Origin: Clostridiales bacterium
GTDB lineage: Bacteria; Bacillota; Clostridia; Saccharofermentanales; Saccharofermentanaceae
NCBI GenBank assembly: GCA_016930475.1
Contig: JAFGGR010000160.1
Span: 1 to 40,871 of the forward strand
Reading direction: 5' to 3'
Length of the DNA stretch: 40,871 nucleotides
The notes under the pieces were generated by a model that was given only the letters and a program-made list of their open reading frames with translations, did not search any database and was not told the DNA's origin. Of the stretch, positions 26,272 through 33,667 are shown in pieces (within the stretch, counting starts at the first letter, position 1; every line of letters starts with the position of its first letter). A program made the translations under genes and the position numbers.

Positions 26272-27573
26272 TCAGAAAGTCTTCGACCGTAAGTCGACCA
26301 CACGCTTCGATTTCCCGGCGGTCCTTTCGAGTGTTTTGGGGTTGAGAAGCGTCACCTTGACGTCGATCTGAAGAACGGTCTTGATCTTGTGTCGGATCTC
26401 TTGCGTCAGTTGTTCGAGCTTCGAGTAACTGTCCAACATGGCTCCATCCATGAGTTCGACCTGAACTTCGATCTTATCCATGAACTTTTCTGTCGTTACG
26501 ATCAACTGATAATATTGGCCGATCCCCTCGACGCCCATCAGGACCGCTTCGACCTGCGACGGGAAAACATTCACGCCGCGAATGACCATCATGTCGTCCG
26601 AGCGACCGCGGATCAAATCCATTCGGGCGTTTGTACGACCGCATTTGCACGGTTCATAGGTGATCGAAGTGATGTCCTTCGTCCGGTACCGGAGCATCGG
26701 GATACCTTCCTTAGTAATGGTGGTGATCACCATCTCCCCTTCACTTCCCTCGGGGAGCACTTCGCCCGTGTCCGGATCGATAATTTCAGCGATAAAGAAG
26801 TCCTCGTTGATATGCATCCCGGAATGTTCCAGGCACTCGTATGAAAGTCCGGGGCCGCAGAGTTCGGTCAATCCGTAATTCTGAGTATCGTTGATCCCGA
26901 GTCTCTGCTCGATCAATTCACGCATCTCGGGTGTATGACCCTCTCCGCCGAACATGCCCGTCTTGAGGTAGATCTCGTCTCTTTGAACGCCGAGATCCTG
27001 CATGATCTCCGAAAGGTGGAGTACATAAGAAGGCGTCGCTATGAGGACCGTCGACTTCAGATCCTTCATGAACATGATTTGCCGCTCGGAGTTGCCGGAT
27101 GATATCGGAAGCACGGATGCACCGACTCTCTCGAGTCCGTAATGCAATCCGAAGCCTCCGGTAAAAAGTCCGTACCCGAAGGCGACCTGCGCGATGTCTT
27201 CATTCGTCACGCCGGCCGCCGTGCACATACGCGCGCAACACTCGGTCCAGTTATCCATATCGTTTCGGGTGTATCCGACGACGATCGGCTTGCCGGTCGT
27301 TCCGGAAGAACTGTGAAAACGGACGATATCCTTGTTGGGGACGGCAAACAGATCGGTGGGATAATTATCCCTGAGATCGGTCTTCACCGTGAACGGCAAC
27401 TTCTCGAGATCCTTGAGTGTCCGGATATGTTCCGGTTTCAGGTCGATCGCGTCCATGCGTTTCTTATAGAAGGGGACCCGCTCGTACGCGTAATTTACCT
27501 GCCAACGCAACCGCTCGAGTTGTATCGCTTGAATCTCGCTTCTTGACAAGGTTTCCGTTTTGTTCCAAATCAT
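26272..27573 (-). CDS. paaK: Phenylacetate-CoA ligase family (arylacetate-CoA ligase)
   Basis: The 433 aa ORF reads FHSSSGTTGKPIVVGYT, YGLTE and SDDMMVIRGVNVFPSQVE, and has the typical PaaK N-terminus (LSRSEIQAIQLERLRWQVNYAYERVPFYKKRMD). Confidence 0.9.
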   Translation of the reverse strand: MIWNKTETLSRSEIQAIQLERLRWQVNYAYERVPFYKKRMDAIDLKPEHIRTLKDLEKLPFTVKTDLRDNYPTDLFAVPNKDIVRFHSSSGTTGKPIVVGYTRNDMDNWTECCARMCTAAGVTNEDIAQVAFGYGLFTGGFGLHYGLERVGASVLPISSGNSERQIMFMKDLKSTVLIATPSYVLHLSEIMQDLGVQRDEIYLKTGMFGGEGHTPEMRELIEQRLGINDTQNYGLTELCGPGLSYECLEHSGMHINEDFFIAEIIDPDTGEVLPEGSEGEMVITTITKEGIPMLRYRTKDITSITYEPCKCGRTNARMDLIRGRSDDMMVIRGVNVFPSQVEAVLMGVEGIGQYYQLIVTTEKFMDKIEVQVELMDGAMLDSYSKLEQLTQEIRHKIKTVLQIDVKVTLLNPKTLERTAGKSKRVVDLRSKTF

Positions 27574-27601
27574 CTGTCCGTCCCCTATTCGTCTTTATCG
27601 T

Positions 27602-29227
27602 TTATACCACTTCATCCTTCGGTAAAATTTTCTTCTGCTCGGCGGCAATCTGAATATCGTAGCCGGCAAAAGCATTGTCGATAACTTCTTTCCTGATCTT
27701 CGATGTGAACAAGGACACGACCGGCACCAGGATCAGCCCGAAAAGCATCGCGAACGCGCCTGCGTTGATCGGCGACGCCAAATTGATCGGAAGACCGGTC
27801 GGGAACGTGAAACCATGCCCGAAAAGCGCTCCGTTTGAAAGGATCAGATGTGTCACGGTAATGCCGACACCGCTGATGAAGGATGCCCAGACTGCCGCCT
27901 TGGTCACACCCTTCCAGAAAAGCCCATACAGGAACGGCGCGATAAACGAGCCGGACAGCGCGCCCCACGAGATCGACATCAGCTTTGCGATGTACATATC
28001 ATTTGTGCGGTACGAATAGATTGCCAGAAGCATCGAGATGATAATGAAAATCCCCAGAAAAACACGGATCCACGTGACTTTCTTCGTCTCGGACATTTCC
28101 TTTTTCATGGTCGGCACGATCAGATCCAGCGTGATGGTCGAGCTTGAGCTCAAAACCAAGGAAGAGAGCGTCGAGATCGACGCGGAAAGGACCAGGATGA
28201 CGATCAGGGAAACGACCAGCGGAGAAACCGCTTTTTCGAGCATGATCGGCATGATCATGTCGGTGCTGAACTTACCGGTGATCGCGTTGGTCGCCTCTTC
28301 GGGGCTCACGAAAATGCGTCCGAACGCGCCGAGGAAATAAGATCCGCCGGCGACGAACAAAGCGAAGACCGTTGAAATGATCGTCGCAGCCTTGACCGAT
28401 TTCTCATCTTTGATGGAATAGAATTTTACAACCATCTGCGGAAGTCCCCATGCACCGAGCGAGGTGAGGATGACCACACCTAAAAGGTTCAGCGGCTCCG
28501 GCCCGAGGAAGGATGAGTAGACCCCGTTGATCGGGCTTGTAGGAGAACTGAACTTCGAAAGCTCGGCAAGGCTTCCCATCAGCCCGCCGTGGTCATTGAG
28601 GACGCCACCGATCACGATAACGATTCCAATAAGCATAACAAAGCCCTGGATCGTATCATTGATGACGTTGGACATATACCCGCCCAGAACGACGTATAGA
28701 GCCGTCAGAAGGCTCATAGCGATAATACAGATCTCATACCCGTACTGAATTCGATCGAGGCCGAGTGCAGAGGTAAAGAGGTATGAAAGACCGTTGAATA
28801 CTGAAGCCGAATAGGGGATTAGGAATATGAAAATGATCGCGGCCGCGACGGTGCGCATCGGCTTGCAATCGTAACGACTCGCGAAAAAATCCGGCATCGT
28901 GTTCGATGACAGATGCTTAGTCATAATGCGCGCTCTGCGGCCAAGGAGTTTCCAAGCAATCAGGCTCCCGATGAAAACGTTCCCCAAGCCGATCCATACG
29001 GCGGAAATACCGTAACTCCAGCCGAACATACCCGCGTAGCCGATGAATACGACGGCCGAAAAATAAGTCGCACCGTACGAAAATGCCGTCAGCCAGGGTC
29101 CTACATTACGCCCGCCCAAAACAAAGGACCCGACATCCCTGGCGTGCTTCTTGGCATAAAATCCGACTGCGACGGTGATCGTAAAGAAAATTACAATGAG
29201 AACGGCGTGAAGAACATCCCAAAACAT
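27602..29227 (-). CDS. Sodium:solute symporter (SSS) family permease
   Basis: The 541 aa ORF has about 13 TM segments and N-terminal FVLGGRNVGPWLTAFSYGATYFSAVVFIGYAG, typical of SSS. It ends 28 nt before the paaK start on the same strand. Confidence 0.85.
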   Translation of the reverse strand: MFWDVLHAVLIVIFFTITVAVGFYAKKHARDVGSFVLGGRNVGPWLTAFSYGATYFSAVVFIGYAGMFGWSYGISAVWIGLGNVFIGSLIAWKLLGRRARIMTKHLSSNTMPDFFASRYDCKPMRTVAAAIIFIFLIPYSASVFNGLSYLFTSALGLDRIQYGYEICIIAMSLLTALYVVLGGYMSNVINDTIQGFVMLIGIVIVIGGVLNDHGGLMGSLAELSKFSSPTSPINGVYSSFLGPEPLNLLGVVILTSLGAWGLPQMVVKFYSIKDEKSVKAATIISTVFALFVAGGSYFLGAFGRIFVSPEEATNAITGKFSTDMIMPIMLEKAVSPLVVSLIVILVLSASISTLSSLVLSSSSTITLDLIVPTMKKEMSETKKVTWIRVFLGIFIIISMLLAIYSYRTNDMYIAKLMSISWGALSGSFIAPFLYGLFWKGVTKAAVWASFISGVGITVTHLILSNGALFGHGFTFPTGLPINLASPINAGAFAMLFGLILVPVVSLFTSKIRKEVIDNAFAGYDIQIAAEQKKILPKDEVV

Positions 29228-29409
29228 ACGCTACCATCCTTCTGTCCTTTGCGGACGCTACAATAAACAGCCCTGTTTGAAAACACTGCGTTAATATAAT
29301 AACAGACTCACAAAAAGACGCAACCGAAAAACAGCCATAAAGCACGTAATTACGCCGTTTTTTTCAGGATTCTCGCGAAAAAACAACAAATGGAGGCCAA
29401 TAATCAGCG

Positions 29410-29883
29410 CTACGGCTTTCTTATATACAACGGAACGCCATGTTCGTCAACGCCGTTCTCTACAAAGCCAAGGGACTTCCAGAAGCGAATCGCATTTTCG
29501 CGCTCGTCGCAGTTGATCGCATAATATAGGGCACCATCGGTTTTGGTATATTCGGCTAAACATTCAAAGCATTTGTGTCCCGTGCCATTCCCCCTATATT
29601 GAGGGAAAACCCAATAATCCAGAATAAAGCACTTACCGTCCTCACTCTGGTACGTGATATATTGAGTGGCTCCGATCCGAATATCATTCTCTACAAAGTA
29701 CACCATATGAAACCTGTCGATATCCGTCATCATATAAGACTTGAGAACATCTCAATATTCCGGACTTCTGAAGTATTTCTTTTCCTCCTCACCGGTGAGT
29801 ATTCCGTCATCGATGAGATACTGATAGTGAATCTTCCAGAATTCTTCGATACGAGATACGGGGATTTCTTCGATTCTGATCAT
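29410..29883 (-). pseudogene. GNAT-like acetyltransferase interrupted by an in-frame TGA (codon 44)
   Basis: ATG at 29883 with an AAGGA RBS. The reading is MIRIEEIPVSRIEEFWKIHYQYLIDDGILTGEEEKKYFRSPEY-TGA(29754-29752)-DVLKSYMMTDIDRFHMVYF...WVFPQYRGNGTGHKCFECL...FWKSLGF. The 474 nt are a single frame. Only the 107 aa distal part is listed in the ORF track. Confidence 0.65.
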
Positions 29884-29895
29884 CTCTTATCCTTC

Positions 29896-30090
29896 TCACC
29901 GTTCTAGTTTGCCGCTGTCTGTATGAAAATGATTCTCGTGACTCCTGCCTGATATGATATCAGACGCAATGACAAACCACCAGGTTATCCTTTGCCCGAA
30001 AATAATGAACGACATCAATACTCCGATGAACGGGGCAATCGCGAAGTATGCACTCGTTCTTGTCGCACTGGTCAAAGTGAGTGCAATCAT
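29896..30090 (-). pseudogene. C-terminal remnant of a DMT/EamA-family transporter gene
   Basis: The 64 aa ORF carries ...SATRTSAYFAIAPFIGVLMSFIIFGQRITWWFVIA, which resembles the last two helices of EamA-type transporters. A stop lies 8 codons upstream of its Met, and only about 50 nt separate it from the hairpin, so there is no room for the rest of a roughly 300 aa gene. Confidence 0.5.
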
Positions 30091-30139
30091 CAGCAGATCC
30101 CGTGCCGCTCCGCTTCAGGTCTCGCCCCTTATATAATAA

Positions 30140-30225
30140 GAGAGAAGCCCTTTCTTCGACTGAGTTCCTCAGATTGCCGAAGGCAATCTGAGGAACTGTC
30201 TGAAGTCGAAGAAAGGGCTTCTCTC
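30140..30225. repeat. 86 nt imperfect palindrome (long hairpin) abutting the 3' end of tRNA-Leu
   Basis: The outer 21 bp stem pairs 30140-30160 with 30205-30225. There is an asymmetric internal loop (2 nt versus 7 nt). The inner 16 bp stem pairs 30163-30178 with 30182-30197, with a GAA loop. It starts 2 nt after the encoded CCA. Confidence 0.85.
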
Positions 30226-30227
30226 GT

Positions 30228-30310
30228 TGGTGCGGTCGACGGGACTTGAACCCGTATGATCTCTCACACGCCCCTCAAACGTGCGCGTCTGCCAGTTCCG
30301 CCACGACCGC
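30228..30310 (-). tRNA. tRNA-Leu (anticodon GAG), long variable arm, CCA encoded
   Basis: The reverse complement folds as GCGGTCG TG GCGGAACTGGCAGACGC G CACGT TTGAGGG GCGTG TGAGAGATCAT ACGGG TTCAAGT CCCGT CGACCGC A CCA. Confidence 0.9.
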
Positions 30311-30317
30311 TTATTCG

Positions 30318-30342
30318 TGTCGAAAAGCAAGGCTTTTCGACA
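30318..30342 (-). other. Leader stem-loop between promoter and tRNA-Leu
   Basis: 11 bp perfect stem, TGTCGAAAAGC / GCTTTTCGACA, with a 3 nt loop. It ends 8 nt upstream of the tRNA 5' end. Confidence 0.6.
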
Positions 30343-30351
30343 GCAAGAATG

Positions 30352-30380
30352 ATTATAACCAGTACGTACTTCGGTGTCAA
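30352..30380 (-). promoter_or_regulatory. Consensus sigma-A promoter for tRNA-Leu
   Basis: The minus strand reads TTGACA, a 17 nt spacer, then TATAAT. Both hexamers match consensus exactly. Confidence 0.75.
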
Positions 30381-30438
30381 CAAAACTCTGGAATTCGTTG
30401 TATCTCTGCGATCAAAGCTCACCGCTTCTGCCTTTCGA

Positions 30439-31566
30439 TCACATGGAGAATAAGAACCCGAGCAGTCCGAGCACCGCCAGTACGATAAGAATGGCGATAA
30501 TGACACGTATGGCCGATATCGGAGCCTTCCCTCCGACCCTCCCGGTTTGCCCGTTGACGACAAACTGGTAAGGCTTTCCTTTGTATGTAAAGGACGAAAG
30601 CCATACCGGAAGTAAGATGTACTTGAAAGTGATCCGGCTGAATTGAGTCGAAAAAATTATGCTGTCCGCGCGATCCGCATGCCAAACCGAGCGGATATGT
30701 TGGAATATTCTCCCATGTAAAATGCCCCGGATCCCCTCTTGAGCTTTCGCCCATGCGTCCTTCAGTCCGATCGAGTAGCGCTCCGCTCCGAAGCCGGCTA
30801 AGAGTTCCGGACGATACGGGACCAGTTGAGTGAAATCGAACGGCTCCGCCCTGCCGACCAGTGAGTTTTCATTCTTATTGGTCCCCACGACGGTATAATC
30901 ATTGAATAATTCCTGATATACTCCGGATACCTGTCGCCAGTCGGTCACGGTGACCATTTGATTCCCCTGTTTGACCATTCTGTCGTTACCCGCCCTTCCG
31001 CGAAAAGCGGAGGACGTCATCGTGTCAAAGGTCCAATACGGAAGATAGACTCCCTTAAAAGACTCCGGGCGAGCTTGGAGTTTCGCTTGTTTCGGGGTAA
31101 AAATCTTCTTGTTCAGCCATTTGGAGAAAAGGCCGCCGGCTTTATCGACCGGAACGATGAACGGACAAACTCCGCCGGGTGCCATCGACCGCTCTCCGGC
31201 GGCCGGCATCACGTTGGTCGAGCCGCAGAAGGAGCAAACGGCGGAGGTCTGAAGCGTGTCGTATATTTCTTCTCCGCCGCAGTTCTTGCAGATGACTACC
31301 TTCTTCTCCGTGCCCCAGTTAAAACTTTCCGTCGTTTCAGCTTGGCTGAAGTCGATCTCGGAAATCGATTCTCCCTCCTCGGGAGCCGGCAGGGTCTTGC
31401 GATATCCGCAAAATTTGCATAACATCCCTCGCGTTCCGGGGTCGTATTCGACAGTCGCGCCACAGCTCGGACACTTTTTGTCTGTTACCTCTTCCGTTTG
31501 TTCCACAGCGAGCATCGTCACATCGACCGACTCGCTCCGGTTCATTTCTTCCTTGTTCTCTGACAT
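30439..31566 (-). CDS. Double zinc-ribbon protein with C-terminal membrane anchor (hypothetical)
   Basis: I chose the ATG at 31566 (MSENKEEM...) because AAGGGGGG lies 8 nt upstream. The track ORF adds 12 codons. The two zinc ribbons are CPSCG-x17-CKFCG and CKNCG-x15-CSFCG. A domain of about 200 aa with no family I recognise follows, then a C-terminal TM (ISAIRVIIAILIVLAVLGLLGFLF). Confidence 0.65.
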   Translation of the reverse strand: MSENKEEMNRSESVDVTMLAVEQTEEVTDKKCPSCGATVEYDPGTRGMLCKFCGYRKTLPAPEEGESISEIDFSQAETTESFNWGTEKKVVICKNCGGEEIYDTLQTSAVCSFCGSTNVMPAAGERSMAPGGVCPFIVPVDKAGGLFSKWLNKKIFTPKQAKLQARPESFKGVYLPYWTFDTMTSSAFRGRAGNDRMVKQGNQMVTVTDWRQVSGVYQELFNDYTVVGTNKNENSLVGRAEPFDFTQLVPYRPELLAGFGAERYSIGLKDAWAKAQEGIRGILHGRIFQHIRSVWHADRADSIIFSTQFSRITFKYILLPVWLSSFTYKGKPYQFVVNGQTGRVGGKAPISAIRVIIAILIVLAVLGLLGFLFSM

Positions 31567-31606
31567 TTTTAAACCCCCCTTTCGATTGCCCGAAGGCGTC
31601 ACAAAA

Positions 31607-33667
31607 TTAACGATCGGAAGAATAAATTCGAAAGTTTGCCGGCTCTATACCTTGCTCGGCACCGCCGTCGAGCAGTCCGGCCGATTCAACAAGCGCGGAT
31701 CCCTCGTAAACAGCACCCGGATCCGTCACCCCGGCATGAAGGTCTTCTCGTAACGAAAAGGAAACAGCGCGCTCGCGGTTCCGGTTAAGCGCAAAGACCA
31801 TTCTGCACGGTCCGTTCTGAGGTTTGCCAAACATATCCTTTCCCTCATCGTCGAGCGTCCGCTCGAAAACCAGAAGATCCCCGTCTGCAATCAGTGTCCG
31901 GTAGAAACCTGTCCTCAAGACCGGAAAGAGTTTCCGAAAACGGCTGATCTCGCGATAAAATTCCAGTTGTTCCCGTTGCTTCCCGGAAAGACGGTCCCAC
32001 GGATAAGGGCGGCGATTCAAGGGATCCCGAAAGCCCTCCATACCGACCTCATCTCCGTAATAGACGGCCGGACATCCGATATATCCGATCTGGAAGACGA
32101 ATCCGAGGCGGCCGAGTCTCATTCCCCTGTCCAATTGCTCATCGGATAAACGGGTCGATTTCTGCGAATGACGGTCGCCGGGATCCCCTGCACCGGACAA
32201 CATCGTCGTCGCTCGAGGGATGTCATGGCTCGAAAGCAGATTCATCACGCAACAATGAGTCTGCGCCGGATAGTTCTCCCGACAGGTCTCCAGCAAATGA
32301 TTCGTCTCGCCTGCGCTCAGGGACCCGCTCAGAAAACCGATCATCGCATCCTTAAAAGGATATCCCATTACAGAGTCATGCGATCTACCCAAGACAAAAT
32401 CCCGGTAGGTACCGTAACTGACCTTACTGCTCGCGTCCTCCCACACTTCGCCCATAACGATCCCCTGCCCGTCCGTCTCCTTCCGCACCCGGCTTTTCAC
32501 CTCGCGGATAAACGAATCGGGCAGTTCGTCGGAAACATCCAGACGAAAGCCGGAGGCACCCTTGCGGATCCAGTGCGCGATAACGCCTCTGTCCCCGAGA
32601 ATAAAGTCACGGAAGGTCAGATCGTTTTCGTTGACGTTCGGCAGTTCCGGAAAACCCCACCACGAATCGTACATGATTTCGCCGCTTCGGTTTCTTGAAA
32701 AAGAATACCAGGAGGAGTACCGGCTGACTCCGCCCTCCACCAGCGCTTGGTACGCGCCCTTTTCGGGGTAACGGCCGTATTTGTTGAAGTATACGCTGTC
32801 GGCTCCGGTATGGTTGAACACTCCGTCGAGAATGAAGCGGATTTTCTTCTTTCGCATCTCCCCAACGAACGCATCGAGGCCTTTCTCTCCGCCCAGGAGC
32901 GGATCGACTTCCGTGTAGTCGCCCGTATCGTAGCGGTGGTTGGAGCGCGCTCTGAAAATCGGGTTCAGATAAATGAGTTCAACGTTTAGGCTCTCGAGGT
33001 AGTCTGCCTTCTCGGCAATACCGCGCAGACTGCCTCCGAAGAAGTCGCAGGCGACGTAACCGGTTTCCGGCTTCCCGTCGATATCGACGTCCTCATCCCA
33101 GGAGGAATGATATATTCGCTCCGGTCTTGGATCAGCTGTCATCATCCGTTCGACCGAAAAATCCGCGCTTTTCGAAAAGCGGTCCGGAAATATCTGGTAA
33201 ATCATCGCGCCCTTCATCCAGTCCGGAGTGCAAAAACTCTCGTCATAGACCGTGATCTGAAACGCGTGCGGAGAGCGATTCTCGTCCGGTCCGACCCGTG
33301 CCGGGGTGTCGCTGATTCTTCCCGCTCCCGTAATATCCTTCGAGGAACGGACATAATAATAACTTTCGCCCGATCCAGGGCGAAAAAGCTTGAACCAGTA
33401 AAAAAACAGCCCCGGTTCCGCCGGCATCCGCAGAGTAATTTCAAATCGGGCCTGCGATGCGGAACTCTTCTGCATAGCGCTTTCATGGTAGGAAAGCGAG
33501 TAGAGGCCGTACGCGTAGCAAAGAACGGGATAGGCGGAATCAGCCGGAGCATCCAGGGCAAGCGTCACGTATGTACCGCAGGAAACCGAGCCGAACGGGC
33601 TTCTGTATTCAAGGCTTCGGCTGCGATGCAGGAATGCGGAAACATTCGGATTACCGGAATGCATCAT
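31607..33667 (-). CDS. Glycoside hydrolase family 13 alpha-glucosidase/neopullulanase-like enzyme
   Basis: The 686 aa ORF has GH13 regions I-IV: DGVFNHTG, GFRLDVSDE, GEVWED and LLSSHD. An N-terminal beta-domain of about 130 aa precedes them. Its start overlaps the glgA stop (4 nt). Confidence 0.85.
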   Translation of the reverse strand: MMHSGNPNVSAFLHRSRSLEYRSPFGSVSCGTYVTLALDAPADSAYPVLCYAYGLYSLSYHESAMQKSSASQARFEITLRMPAEPGLFFYWFKLFRPGSGESYYYVRSSKDITGAGRISDTPARVGPDENRSPHAFQITVYDESFCTPDWMKGAMIYQIFPDRFSKSADFSVERMMTADPRPERIYHSSWDEDVDIDGKPETGYVACDFFGGSLRGIAEKADYLESLNVELIYLNPIFRARSNHRYDTGDYTEVDPLLGGEKGLDAFVGEMRKKKIRFILDGVFNHTGADSVYFNKYGRYPEKGAYQALVEGGVSRYSSWYSFSRNRSGEIMYDSWWGFPELPNVNENDLTFRDFILGDRGVIAHWIRKGASGFRLDVSDELPDSFIREVKSRVRKETDGQGIVMGEVWEDASSKVSYGTYRDFVLGRSHDSVMGYPFKDAMIGFLSGSLSAGETNHLLETCRENYPAQTHCCVMNLLSSHDIPRATTMLSGAGDPGDRHSQKSTRLSDEQLDRGMRLGRLGFVFQIGYIGCPAVYYGDEVGMEGFRDPLNRRPYPWDRLSGKQREQLEFYREISRFRKLFPVLRTGFYRTLIADGDLLVFERTLDDEGKDMFGKPQNGPCRMVFALNRNRERAVSFSLREDLHAGVTDPGAVYEGSALVESAGLLDGGAEQGIEPANFRIYSSDR

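Noticed and set aside
29228-29409. Possible riboswitch or leader upstream of the SSS permease
   Set aside because: The 182 nt gap has only weak promoter-like hexamers and short palindromes (e.g. CGTAATTACG followed by a T-run on the plus strand). I could not match any riboswitch or T-box core sequence by eye. An Infernal scan would settle it.
29752-29754. TGA read as Sec, Trp or Gly (recoding) in the GNAT gene
   Set aside because: Other genes in the window terminate at TGA in well-defined contexts (e.g. iorA, yggS and the sensor SBP). I saw no convincing SECIS-like stem-loop immediately downstream. A nonsense mutation or sequencing error is more parsimonious.
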